Assembly (NCBI GenBank): GCA_009914755.4
Contig: CP068257.2
Location: 32,928,001 to 32,992,000 of the forward strand
Reading direction: 5' to 3'
DNA from: the human T2T-CHM13v2.0 reference genome, Homo sapiens
Length of the DNA: 64,000 bases
In this document: piece by piece, positions 42,327 to 56,442 of the stretch
Numbering within the stretch: the first letter of the stretch is position 1
How the letters are laid out: each line of letters starts with the position of its first letter
Position numbers and translations under genes: made by a program
Notes under the pieces: generated by a model
What the model was told of the DNA's origin: nothing
Database searches by the model: none
What the model saw: the letters and a program-made list of their open reading frames with translations, nothing else

Positions 42327-42738
42327 TGGTTAATTTTATGTGTGAACTTGGCTGGGCCATGGTGCCCAGATACCAGATATATGGACAAACATTATTCTGG
42401 ATGTTTCTGTGCAGGTGTTTTGAGATGCGATTAACATTTAGATTAGTGAACTCTGAGTAAAGTATATTGGCAGGGAGCTCATCCAATCAGTTAAAGGCCT
42501 TAACGGAACAAAAAGACTAGCCTACCCCAAGAAAGAAGGAATCTGCAGCAGAAATCCTTTACACTTGAACTGTAACATCAGTTCATTCCTGGGTCTCCAG
42601 CCTGTCAACCCACCCTGGAGATTTTGGACTTGCCAGTCACTATAATTGTATGAGCCAATTTCTTAAAACAAACTTTTCCCTATATACATATACATCCTAT
42701 TGGTTCTATTTCTCTGGAGAACGCTGTAGTCAATAAGC
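42327..42738 (+). mobile_element. LTR-like interspersed repeat (probably ERVL-MaLR/MLT-type; family not assigned), copy 1 of 3
   Basis: 'ggttaattttatgtgtgaacttggctgggccatggtgcccagata...ggatgtttctgtgcaggtgttttgagatgcgattaacatttagattagtgaactctgagtaaagtatattggcagggagctcatccaatcagttaaaggcc...ctggagattttggacttgccagtcactataattgtatgagccaatttcttaaaacaaac..atacatcctattggttctatttctctggagaacgctgtagtcaataagc'. It shares this architecture with the copies at 44089 and 59598. Confidence 0.5.
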
Positions 42739-43060
42739 ATTTCATAAACATAATGTTGAACAAAAGAAACAAGACACAAATGATGAAAAACATGCTTCCA
42801 CTTATATAAAGTTCCAGACAAGCAAAACTCCTCTATGGTGATGGAGGTCAGCATGGTGGGTAACTTGGTGGGCCATGGTGGTGACTGGTGAGTAATAGCT
42901 GGGGAGGGACATGAAGGATGCTTCCAGGTGTGCTGGCATTGTTCTATTTCTTGACCTGATATGGGTGTGTTTATTTTGTAAAATTTCAGCAAGGTTTTGA
43001 TTTGTGTATTTTTCTGTATGTATGTTATACTTCAATTAGAAAAGTATAGCTTTTTATTGA
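42739..43060 (+). mobile_element. LINE-1 3'-terminal fragment
   Basis: Similarity to the last ~300 bp of the L1 3' UTR: '...catgcttccacttatataaagttc...ggtgatggaggtcagcatggtgg...ctggggagggacatgaagga...tttcttgacctgatatgggtgtgtttattttgtaaaatttc...'. Confidence 0.5.
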
Positions 43061-43078
43061 TTATACCTCATAGCCATT

Positions 43079-43770
43079 AGGATGGCTAGTATCAAAAACA
43101 GAAAATAACAAGAGTTGGCAAGGAGGTAGAGAAATCAGAACTGTTGTGCACTATTGATGAAAATGTAAAATGGTGTAGCCACTGTGCAGAACGGAATGGC
43201 AGCTCCTCAAAAAATTGAAAATAGAATTACCACATGATCCAGCAATTCCACCTCTGTGTATGTATCTAAAAGAATTGAAAGCAGGGTCCTGACGAGATAT
43301 GCTCAATCATGTCCACAGCAGCATCCTTCAAAATAGCCAAGATGGCAGCAACCCCAGTGTAGATCAATGGGAAAATGAATAAACAAAATGTAGTCCATCC
43401 ATACAGTAGAATATTATTCAACCTTAAAAAGGAAGGAAATTTTGAAACATGTACAATATAGATGAACCTTCAGGACATTATGCTAAGTGAGGTAAGCCAG
43501 TCATGAAAAAACAAATACTTAGAAACCTAAAGTAGTCAAATTCATAGACACAGAAAGTAGAATGGTGGTTGCCAGGGGCTGAGGGAAGAGAAAATGGGGA
43601 GTTGATGTTTGACGGATACAGAGTTTCAGTTGTACAAGATGAAAAGTGTTCTGGAGATGTGCTACACAACAATGTGAATATATTTAATATTTAATACCTC
43701 TGAACTGTACATGTAAAGATGGTAAATTTTAAGTTATGTGCATTTTACCACAATTTTTAAAAGTTTAGTA
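43079..43770 (+). mobile_element. LINE-1 3' end (end of ORF2 plus 3' UTR, old L1M/L1P type) ending in an A-rich tail
   Basis: 'ttggcaaggaggtagagaaatcagaactgttgtgcactattgatgaaaatgtaaaatggtgtagccactgtgcagaacggaatggcagctcctcaaaaaattgaaaatagaattaccacatgatccagcaattccacctctgtgtatgtatctaaaagaattgaaagcagggtc...attcaaccttaaaaaggaaggaaattttgaaacatg...gttgccaggggctgagggaagagaaaatggggagttgatgtttgacggatacagagtttcagttgtacaagatgaaaagtgttctggagatg...ggtaaattttaagttatgtgcattttaccacaatttttaaaa' is highly consistent with the L1 3' end consensus. Confidence 0.9.
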
Positions 43771-44088
43771 AAGAAAAAAATCAAAGCATAATAAAGATTG
43801 TATTCATACTTTGGATCATACAAAGGATCAAGAAGAACATATTTAATTGTAGATCCATTAAATGGGGTCTCCCACTGCTTTTCATTAGGCTTCAGTTGTG
43901 AAAAAGCTTTGTGGATAGCAAAGTGCTAAAACTGGAAGGCTTTTTAAACTCTGATCTTACTACTATCTTTACAGGATTGGTAATTAAAGTTTTAAGAAGG
44001 AGATATAGGTAAAGGATGCTAATTTTCCTGGAAAAGGACATGATCGTTGAAAAAATAAGAGAAGATTTAGAGCAGTTCAGAAGATGTG

Positions 44089-44576
44089 GTGGTTAATTGC
44101 GTGTGTCAAACTGGCCCCGGTGTGTGCAGACTGAGCATTATCTCTGGAAGTACCTGTGCGGGTGTTTCTGGATGAGATCAGCATTTGAATTGGTGGACTC
44201 TACAAGGTAGACTGCCCTTCCCAATGTGGGTGGGCATCATCTAATCTGCTGGGGGCCTGAAGAGAACAAAAGGCAGGAGAACAAAAGGGGGGAGTCTGCC
44301 CCCTTTTCCTGCCCGCCTGCCTGAGCTGGGACAGCTCATCTCATCTTCTCCCACCCTCGGGCTGGGATTTATACCACCAGCTGCCGTGGTTCTCAGGCCT
44401 TTGGACTAGCCAGTCTCAAGTCTCCAGCCTGCAGATGGCAGACTGTGGGACTTCTCAGCCTCCATAATTATGTAAGCCACATCCTCATGATAAATTTCTT
44501 TATATATCTATATACACATCTACCGCTATGTCTATCCTATTGGTTCTGTTTCCCTGGAGAACCCTGATTGATGCAG
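44089..44576 (+). mobile_element. LTR-like interspersed repeat (same family as 42327 and 59598), copy 2 of 3
   Basis: 'gtggttaattgcgtgtgtcaaactggccccggtgtgtgcagactgagcattatctctggaagtacctgtgcgggtgtttctggatgagatcagcatttgaattggtggactctacaaggtagactgcccttcccaatgtgggtgggcatcatctaatctgctgggggcctgaagagaacaaaagg...cttctcagcctccataattatgtaagccacatcctcatgataaatttctttatatatctatatacacatctaccgctatgtctatcctattggttctgtttccctggagaaccctgattgatgcag'. Confidence 0.5.
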
Positions 44577-47500
44577 AAGACTACTGAATATTCTTCAATA
44601 CCCATTTCCCTTTGATCATTACCTTCTGTTCACACTGGCTTCCTGTGTTAGCACACCACAGTCTGTCTGCCAGAGGCCCTTGTGCCAACCATTTCCTCTG
44701 CCTGGACCTTACCAGAGAGGTCCAGACCACCCCCTTCTGAGCTGAGTTTAAAAATCATATCCTCAGAGCGGCCCTCCAGGGCCCCATCAGCACCTCCCAT
44801 TATTGTTTACCACAGCCCCCATGTGCTTAATTCCAGCAGCAATCGCAATCTAATAAACTAAAAAAATAGTATCTGTCTCTCCCATGAAAATGTGCACTCC
44901 ACGAGAGCAAAGATATTGCTTTGTTTTCCCCTGGGTCCAGGTACATTGCCAGAACAATTCAATAAATATTTGTTGAATGAACAAATGAATACATAAATGA
45001 ATATATAATGAGCACACCTCATAGGATACTAACTTTATTACTCTGATCTAGAAGGTAATAAGAACTGGAGACCTACAGGCAAAAAAACTGTCCTGAATTT
45101 CCTTTCTACACTGCATCTCCTGAAGTGAGTGTTTTCTCCACATTATCCTGACATATATTTTTTCATCCTCCTCCCATCCCAGCACCTGCTCAGCACCTGG
45201 TGCCCTTACTGGGTCTGACATTCCAGGATGCTGTGCTTTTTTTACACAGCATTTCCCCCTGCTGGGGCCAGGGACTGAGAAAGGCTGATCTGTCAGATCC
45301 TTGATGGCCCCTGAGTGCAGGGCTTCAGGATGAGATTACAAGAGGACTAGAAGACAGGCTTCCTATATCTGAGAAGCGTGGAATCTCATGGATACACACA
45401 GCTATGTCATAGTTGAAATATTAAGTTTATCTACAGAATTATAGCTGTATATTGGAGTGCTCTGAATACTTGATTTGGATGGTCTAGAAATCCTGGGGCA
45501 CAGCAATATTTTATGTCTTCATCTGGGAGGTCCTAAGAAGGGTTTGCTTATGGAATAAAAGCCCTTATGATCCGTGCACAGCGAGGCCTCTGTAGTGTTC
45601 TGAAGAAGAAACCTGACAGGACACACAAAAATTATTTTCCTCGTGGAGGGCATGGAATCAAGACAGATCCCCGATCCAGTCCTCACTCCCTGAACACTGC
45701 CCAGCTTATGCTAAATACGTATTTATGCACCTACTATATACCAGGCACAGTTCTAGGAGCTGATAATGTAGCCGTGAACAAAATGAAACCCCTGCCCACA
45801 TGCTGTCCACATTCTGATAGGAAAAGATGGACAATCTGTAATCAGTACAACACAGTGTGCCCTCTGGACATAAGGGAGGGGCACAGAGAAAAAAACAAAG
45901 TAGGCTGAGGACAGAAGAGCAGGGGATGGGGTCAGGTAGCCAGGGACAGTTTCCTGCAAAGTGAGGAGCCAAGACCTAACCAAGGTGAGCCATGGCTTTC
46001 TGGGTGAAAACTGCTCCAGGAGAAGGCAAGCATGGGCCCTGGGGGGGAACACGATGTATTCAAACAGCACGGTGGCAGATGGGAAGGGTCCAACCAGCCA
46101 CGCTAGGGACACCTTCTATCCTGTGGGACATGAGAAACCCTGGAGGATCAGAATAAAGTGGAGGAAAATTAAAGCTGAGCTTTGAGTGCAACTATTTTAA
46201 GACTAAATAGAGCTCACATTAAGTCTCTTAAACTGCCACTGGGTTCTAATTCGATGATTAAATTTATCTAGATAAAGGACTCTGAGATTCTCGCATGGTG
46301 GATCCATATGTTGCGCTAATACGTAAATGTCCATTATTTTACACAGGTCCAGGGAACCTGGCCATCATCTCGATGCACCAATTCTCCCTGCCCCACCCAA
46401 ATTAGAATGTAGGTGGTCACATAGCAAACTACAACATGACCGGGATTTCAGCTCTAAAAAGTGCCATCAAGACGTGTTCCCCAACTTGACTGTGGCAGTC
46501 ATTTCTTGGTATCCACCACTGCAGATCACATGCACACCTCAAATACATGCAGTTCAATTTGTCAGTCATGCCTTAAGAAAGCTGGGGGGAAAGGTGCCAC
46601 CAAATGAAATAAAGAAGCGTTCCCCTCCCTTGCACCCTGCCAGCATTTCAGATCTGTCTTATCAAAACTCCCTGTGCTTGGGCTTAGACAGACGAAAGAA
46701 AAATGATGGGGAGCCAGAAAACCTGAGAAAACTACGCAAGTGCACTCCAGTGTCTGAATTTCCATTCTGGAAAGGAACGGGCAGCGCTCAGCCTCACAGC
46801 CCACCTGGGCACCTGGCATCAAGGCCACCCTCTGCCCTGGTCTGCGTGCAATGCCATGCTGGGCTCAGACACACTCCTGGAACAGCACAGCTCTCATGAG
46901 TCCCTGATAATGGCGTCCGCCACACGCCCACACCCTTTTGGCACTGTCTTCTGACTGACTGGGCTAAAAAAAGCTTCGATAAACCCCAAGGATCAGGGCT
47001 GGGCTGCTGTTCTTCTGAACATAAACACTGGTCAGGAGGTGATTACAGTTCAAGCAGAGGGGAGCAAAGTCCCATTTTCCCAGCACTAGGATTAGATGGC
47101 AAAGTAATATCATGGGCAGTTTTTACCCTCACAAATCCCTGACCTCCTTCCCTGAGGCCCCCTTCCCGGAGCCGTCTACATGCCTGCCTTTACTCTACGC
47201 CGGGACTCCAGTCTATAAGAGGATAATCATTTATGAATAAACCCATGATGATTTACGTTCCCCTCAAACGTGAACAGAACCCAATCATCTGTTTCTTGTG
47301 TTTTCCGATTCCAAGAAAAAACATTTCTTGGCTGAGGCTGTCTTGTTTCTGGCCAGATTTTCCTATATGATGTCTATGTTCTCTCGTGATTAACTCAGAG
47401 ATATCAATCTACAACTACAGGAAAACCTCAATGGCTTTACTTAATTGGAGCACCAGGAGGACATGGTAAAGGACCACAGTGCTGGTTCTTCTAAGCGCAT

Positions 47501-48848
47501 GTGGGAACTGAAGGAAAGAGGATGGGGAGCTGGACTCTGGGTACCCATGAGGGCTTCAGTACAGAAGACCCATGAGGACAGTGGTTATGTGTCAATGCAG
47601 TGCAGTATTAAAAATTACTATTTGCCTGCCTTTGCTCTGACATGAGTTAAATCCTTCTCATCTAGATTACAATAACATTTGACCCTGAGTTTATATAGAC
47701 TAGGATCTTTTATGATGTTCCCAATCTTGCTTTAGTTATGGAGAAGCTCATTATAAAATAGTCTTACAGGAAAAACCTGATCACAGAGGGGAACACTATA
47801 GTGAAGCACCAATACTTTTCATCAAAAATGTTCAAGTATTGGCAATTTCATGTGTTTCAACATAATACTACTAGCCCTCACCCAACCACAGGTTACAGAG
47901 TGCCTGGAGCTGCTAGAATAGGCACAACTGTTCTCACCATATGCAAGGCTCATCCTCCTCCAACCTTCTCAATACATCATTACCAATTATCAAATCATTA
48001 CATCTTTATGAAAAAGACTTGGCTTATATGACACAGGCAGAAGTGCCACCCTTTCACAACATTATGAAACGATGCCAAATAAGGCTAGCACACCTGCCAC
48101 CTTTTGCATTTACTGAAGAGCTCTTATGCATGGACCCACTTGGCCTGTCTCTTAGTCACAGAAGGGGGCATGGGGCAGCCTGGCTCGGAACACCTGTGCC
48201 TGCTGATAGCAGACGTGCCAGCCTGCCAGAGACTGAGAAGCTGGACCTCAAGGTGTTGGGAGGTCGGGCTGAGGCTGTGGCTGCTGGGCCAGCTGATGCA
48301 TGGGGAAAGGATATGCATGGTTTCCGGAGTAGGAAAAAGGTTTAGGAAATAAACAAGTGGAAAAATATCTGGAAAATGGAACCAGGTACAGTCCCTGCCC
48401 TCAAAGAGCAGGTGCTCAGTCTAAAGAAGTGGTCTATGCCTGGGTGCCCACTGCTCCAGACAGACTTAGAAATTCTATAATACGTGTAAGAAAAAAATCG
48501 TTAGTTTCCACTTGTTTTTTATTCTGGGGCTGGAGGCGTGGGGCATGGATTCTTACCCTCTTATTTAGCAGTATAGGCAAGTCATTATTTTCAGAGTTGT
48601 TGCAAAACAGAAAGGGGACAAAAATGTTACATGATGATGGATTATATTAGAGGAGTTCCTGTCGTGACCCTTGAGTTAGAAAGCAGATCTGCGTAAAATA
48701 AACAATCTGAGAGCTGAATGGGCAAAGGATATGAACAGTCAATTCACAGGAGGAAACAGAACCAGTAAACAAGCACATGGAAATATGTAATAATCTGTAG
48801 TCAGGGACATAGCTGAAAAAAATGAGAATGTTTCACAAAAGAAGGGTG

Positions 48849-49155
48849 GGCCGGGCGCGGTGGCTCATGCCTGTAATCCCAGCACTCTGGGAGGCCGAAG
48901 TGGGTGGATCACGGGGTCAAGAGATTGAGACCATCCTGGCCAACATGGTGAAACCCCACCTCTACTAAAAATACAAGCATTAGCTGGGTGTGGTAGCACA
49001 TGCCTGTACTCCCAGTTACTCCAGAGGTTGGGACAGGAGAATCGCTTGAACCCAGGAGGCGGAGGTTGCATTGAGCCAAGATCGCGCCACTGCACTCCAG
49101 CCTGGCAACAGAGGGAGACTCCATCTCAAAACAAGAACAACAACAACAACAAAAC
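48849..49155 (+). mobile_element. Alu (AluS/Y-like) with an (AAC)n tail; TSD 'gaagggtgg'
   Basis: 'ggccgggcgcggtggctcatgcctgtaatcccagcactctgggaggccgaagtgggtggatcacggggtcaagagattgagaccatcctggccaacatggtgaaaccccacctc...'. Flanked by 'aagaagggtgg' and 'acgaagggtgg'. Confidence 0.9.
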
Positions 49156-49289
49156 GAAGGGTGGCAAGGTACCCATTTAGGGGACCCTCAGGCCCCTAAG
49201 TCAGTTACTTGCATTTGACAGTCGTAATGTGAGGAGCACTGAATAAGGCACAGTCCAGGTGCTCAGAAATAACAATGACCAATGGGCCA

Positions 49290-49445
49290 GGTGCACAGCA
49301 GAGATCAGTGTTAGGAGTCAGACCTGCAGGTGTTGCATCGGAATCCCAAGCAGGCACTGGCCCCCATACAAACTCGCCAGGCCTCCGTGTCTTCACTGTA
49401 AAATGGAATCGTAACAAGCGCATACCTCACAGGGATCCTGGGTGG
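49290..49445 (+). mobile_element. MIR SINE fragment (first of a tandem pair)
   Basis: '...ggaatcccaagcaggcactggcccccatacaaactcgccaggcctccgtgtcttcactgtaaaatggaatcgtaacaagcgcatacctcacagggatc' matches the MIR segment '..ctcagtttcctcatctgtaaaatggggataataatagtacctacctcatagggtt'. Confidence 0.55.
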
Positions 49446-49459
49446 CAAACGAAATGGGG

Positions 49460-49745
49460 GACCAGGGTGGACAGGCAGCATGGGTAGTGGTTAAGAATGC
49501 TAACTCTGGAATAAGATGGCCTGGGTTCAAACCTTGCCCCCTCCTCCAACTTAGCTGTGCAACATGGGCAAGTTACTTCACCTCCAGATGCCTCAGTGAC
49601 TCCATCCATAAAATGGGGACAGTCATAGTATCTGCTTCACAGGGTTTATGTGAGGATGAAATGCATTCACACTTCTAGGCAGTGCCATACTTACAGCAGC
49701 ACCTGGCACTGGACAAACACTATGGAAAACAGTGCCTGACACAGA
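49460..49745 (+). mobile_element. MIR SINE (near full length)
   Basis: 'ggcagcatgggtagtggttaagaatgctaactctggaataagatggcctgggttcaaaccttgccccctcctccaacttagctgtgcaacatgggcaagttacttcacctccagatgcctcagtgactccatccataaaatggggacagtcatagtatctgcttcacagggtttatgtgaggatgaaatgcattcacacttctaggcagtgcca...gcacctggcactggacaaacactatggaaaac' is closely parallel to the MIR consensus. Confidence 0.85.
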
Positions 49746-51749
49746 ACAAATGCACTAAGAGCATTTCCTTACACACACACCTGGAAACCACTTGCTCTAG
49801 TAACTGGCACAGAGTGGGTGTGGCATAAATGGTGGGAGAAATTCATCATAGCCTCTTCCCATCTGGGGGTGTGCTGAGATGCTGGAAAAGAGGGTCATCA
49901 AAAAAGGAGGAAAAATCCCTTAGCTCTTAAGCCCTAAGAAAGTGCTTCACAGCTTTTCCTTGACCATGAAAAATACAGAAGCAACACCCGCAGAAAGAAT
50001 AGAATCCTAGTAATTTTGTGTTCTGAATCAAGCTAAGTTTGACCTTTGAGCAAATTACTGGCTCTCTGCTAAGAGTGTACAGACCCATCTATTCATCATA
50101 GACTTCACTGTCTGGGAATGAGCCCCGGAGCCCAGGCTCTGCAGGTTGTTGCTGTTACGTAAGCCAGTGCAGGAGCCGTGCTGAGAAAAGGAAACTGCGC
50201 AATCTGCTCAGGTTCCCAGGAAGGCCAGGGTCCTTGTCCCACCTGAGGAGCTGACTTCTCAACTGGCAGCAGATTCAGGCATGCACACTGCCTTCGCCGG
50301 CCACTGGAAGGGCACTGCTCCCAACACCCACTCACACGCTGCCTGGATGGCTCTGATGGGGGCCACTGGGCAGGCCGGACAGGCTGCCTCAAGGAGCTGG
50401 GGACCTGTGGTGTCAGACAAGCTGACCACCCCCCGGCAGGGGTGGGACATACGTGTGAAAAGGGGAGTCTGGGGGTCCCCCACACAGTCCATCTACGCAG
50501 ATGCAGGCCAAGCTCCCCAGATAAGCCTGCCTCAAGGATTCTGGCCGAGGAGCAGAGGGGGCCCTTCCTGGAGGTCACCTGCCCTTGAAGCAGGTAGAGA
50601 AGACATCTTAGTGTGGATCAGTGCTGACATCTGTGGAGAGTGGACTCTCGGCACTTTCTGTCTGTGGACTCACGTCCCCATCCCCGGAGCCCTGTGAGGT
50701 GGCTATTATGAGCCCCATCCTACAAGTGGGCAAACTGAAGCACCCATGTCCATGCTACCAGGGAGCAGCAGTGCCAGGAAGAAGCTCAAGTGCCCGGCCT
50801 TCTTAACCTCTAAGCTCCAACAGGTGACCTCCAGTATAAGCGGAGGCCTTCCTGCCCTCCAGAAAAAGCCGAGAGTCTCTGTAGCGTGGTTCCCTCCTGC
50901 TTCTTTTGAATGAACGACTGGGAGGGAAGGCTGAGGAGACCCACAGGGGCCCAGGGACTGATGCAGGGAACCCCCTCACTGGGGAAAGAGAGAAAGAGTT
51001 GGCTAAAGTAGAAAAAACTCGAAGTGCAAGCAGGGCTGTGGCTCCTGCATGACCGAGAAAGCCTCCTTGCCCACTGGAGCCTCAGCTGAGGGCCTTCTCG
51101 AAGGCTCTGCTTTCTATATTCTCTCCACTCCCTGACCACGGCAGGCTGGGTTCTCGTAAGGTTTAGAGCCGTCTCAGGGACAGGAGCAACCCCCGCTGCC
51201 ATGCAGAAGATGCAGAAAGTCTTCTTTTAGAAGCACTGGAAAATACATTCGAACCGGGATGGGCATTTCCTGATGATGTTGGAACACCAACACAGTACCT
51301 CAGGGTGCTTTCCACCTCGACAAAGGGCCGAGGACTTTGCCTCCCTGCCTTTATCTTGCGAGAACCTTTGCACTGTGGAGTGAAGGAGCTCGGCTGAAAA
51401 CTCAACAACTGCACAGCCCTTGGCTGGACCCACACTAGGGAAGGTGTCTGCGAGGCTCGGGCCTGCTCACTGTGCTGTGCGTTGGTCTGCACACACTGGG
51501 ACTTCGGTGATAACTTACAGAAGGGAAATGGGAGGGGAGGAGTAAAGAAGGGGTTGGACAGTGACACCAGCTTGAGACAGAGAGTAAGAATCCTGGGCTC
51601 CCAGTCTCAGTTTCGTCATGAACTTGCTGTGTGATGTGGGCCCAATCTCAGCATCTCTGGGCACAATGAGTGGCCACCAGGGCCTTTCTAGCATTCATAT
51701 CTTACCCTTCCATGAATGAGCGAGGAACCCGTGCAGCCCAGTTCTGCAG

Positions 51750-51990
51750 CTACCAGCCACATGGGGCTATGTCAATGAAAATTAGCAAAAGTAAACACTC
51801 CTCGGTAGTACTAGCTACATTTTAAGTGCTCAATAACATGACAATTTAAATGAAAATTAATTAAAATGAAAAAAATTAAAAGTTCAGTTCCTCAGTCATG
51901 TCCACCACATTTCAAGCACTCAGTGGCCACAAGTGGCCAGTGGTTACTGCAGTGGACAGTGCGGATACAGGACACTCCCACCACCCTAGG
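51750..51990. mobile_element. Unclassified interspersed repeat (MER-like; internal 'ccacatggggct...cagtggccacaagtggccagtgg' quasi-palindromes around an A/T-rich 'aatttaaatgaaaattaattaaaatgaaaaaaattaaaag' core)
   Basis: The pattern is reminiscent of a known human MER-type consensus ('agccacatgtggctatttaaatt...attaaaattaaat...agccacatttcaagtgctcaatagccacatgtggctagtggcta'). I recalled this from memory and could not verify it. Confidence 0.35.
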
Positions 51991-52269
51991 GAGTCCTCCA
52001 CAGGGCAGCATCGAGAGTGTGCAGATGGAGATGTGGCTCACAGAACGTTCGGGAAGCTGCTTCTTTAAAGAAGAATTGTGTGTCAGCTTGGAGCCTATGT
52101 AAAAGTAATGAAAGAAAGCTAGATGTGTCTGTTGGGGTAACTAGGTCTGTAACAGGGAAAGTCATCAAGATACCTGAAGGTGAGATAAAATACCATATTG
52201 CCACACCCAAGCTATGGTCAGTGGTGAAAGACTAGCGTGTTTCCATAAGATGAGAATACCCATCTGCTG

Positions 52270-54290
<2,021 letters not shown>

Positions 54291-55059
54291 ACTTTGATAG
54301 TTAATTACGCCTCTGTGATTTGAGGCGTAATTAACAAAGTGATAGTTGGTCATAAAAAAATCATCTAACGAATGTGACAATCTATAGTTGGTGCCTACTA
54401 TCAGCAAACGGTACTTACTATGAGTCATGCTCTTCATGCATTTCTCCCCAGTGCCATTAAATAGCCTCATGGGCAGCATGACCAATAGGTGTAGACCTAT
54501 TGCAACTGGTGGGTAACTTTTTGCTTAAGTCAGCTTGTAATGGCTGTGTTGTGTTCTCTGGCTAGAAGGGTAGATAAGGGATAAGTTACCCTGAACCTAA
54601 AGCACGAGAACTGGCCCCAACAACCAAGAGTCCAGATCACGCTATGCTAAAGCCCCTCACTCCAATCTTCAGTCCCCTGGTACCTCCCTATGACACAGGT
54701 GGCTCACAGAACCATCACTGGGGACAGACTGCTGGGTGGCATGCTGCTGCAGGGCTAAGAATCGCGTTTTTAAAGGTTAGTTCATTTAATTAAAAGCACA
54801 GCAGGGTGCTGCCTACTTTCATTAAGAAAGGTCATCTTCCCCAGCATATTCTAATGGAAACCAGGGCAGCATTCAGAGATAGGAACCATCACAAGTTGAT
54901 TTTGCTCTCTTAAGGTAAGATACGGCAAAGAATGACCAGCCACCTCCTAGCAGGGTGCTGAGGCTGGCTGGTGCAGTAGGTGGAGATTTAGCAGATGACA
55001 ATGTATTTCTGAAAAGGTCTGTTTTTCCTCTAAAAGGCATTCTAGGAACCAGAGAGAGA

Positions 55060-55135
55060 AGGGAGAAAGGAGGGGAAGGGGAAGATCAGGAGAGAGGGAG
55101 GGAAAGGAAAGGAGGCGAGGAGACAGGAGAAAAAC
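55060..55135. repeat. GA-rich low-complexity tract
   Basis: 'ggaggggaaggggaagatcaggagagagggagggaaaggaaaggaggcgaggagacaggagaaaaa'. Confidence 0.8.
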
Positions 55136-55849
55136 CTCACCACCAAGCATTAGCATTTATTTCTCAATTGCAATATTTTTATTTTAAGTTGTGCTAAGAA
55201 GCCTAGGATTTCTTTCTTCAATAATAATGATTTTTATGCTTTATAGTTCATGAGGCTTTCATATTCATTATGTTGAGATTTATTTTCAAAAAAGTGTTTA
55301 GAGTCTTAAGTTGTTTGCAACTTTGTAGCAAAGCTCATTTCACATTAAAACATCCTTTTAGCAAAGTCTCAACATACTATAGTGAAATTAATACAGGTTT
55401 TTCTAAGCATTTATAAGTGTTAATAAGCCATGCCAGTCTGCTGGCATAGCATATATGGTGCTGCGGTATTCTGAATATTCAGTATCTAAATCTGTTCATT
55501 TCATACACACATGCACGTGTGTTCACAAACACACATGCATGCAGGCACACACCACTGCAAAATTTTTAAGCTGCAGGACCCCCTGGCCTGAAAAAATGCA
55601 CACAGCTTCTGAAAGTGCCTAAGTTACTCATGGGAAAATAAAGCTTATTATTTAATGGACTTAACAATATTTTCTTGTTCATGATGATGTTTTACTTCCA
55701 CTGATACACAAATATTTATTAAGTGCCTACTATGTGGCAGGCACTGTCCCAGGAACAGGTTAAGCAGCTGCAAGCAATGTAGACACTGTAATTTCTGCAT
55801 TTTAATAAAATTGCTAACTCATACTAAATACTTACTATGAGCCTGATAT

Positions 55850-56050
55850 TATTGTAAGCCCTCTATTTGTATTATGTCTTTTCATCCTCACAACACAACC
55901 CCAGGAGGTAGGAGCTTTTATAATCCCACTTGATAAACCAGGAGACCTAAGTGCAGAGAAGTTAAGTTACTTGCCCAAGGTCACACAGCTGGTTACTGGC
56001 AGAACTGGGATTTGAATCCAGACCAACCCTCCTTACTGCTGTACATTGAT
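55850..56050 (-). mobile_element. MIR SINE (core region), minus orientation
   Basis: 'ccccaggaggtaggagcttttataatcccacttgataaaccaggagacctaagtgcagagaagttaagttacttgcccaaggtcacacagctggttactggcagaactgggatttgaatccagaccaaccc' is the reverse complement of the MIR 'gttaagtaacttgcccaaggtcacacagctagtaagtggcagagccgggattcgaacccagg'. Confidence 0.85.
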
Positions 56051-56113
56051 GTAGTTTAACAAGAACAACTCTAAACTAAGGTGGGTGTCCATCTATAAAG
56101 AAGGTGAATGCTA

Positions 56114-56442
<329 letters not shown>

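Noticed and set aside
46327-46899. Longest ORF in the window (190 codons, plus strand).
   Set aside because: No recognisable domain or family. The composition is Pro/Ser/His-rich, typical of random GC-neutral sequence. It has no Kozak-quality start or splice structure. One such ORF is expected by chance in 64 kb x 6 frames of human DNA, and ORF 46562-46828 on the opposite strand overlaps it.
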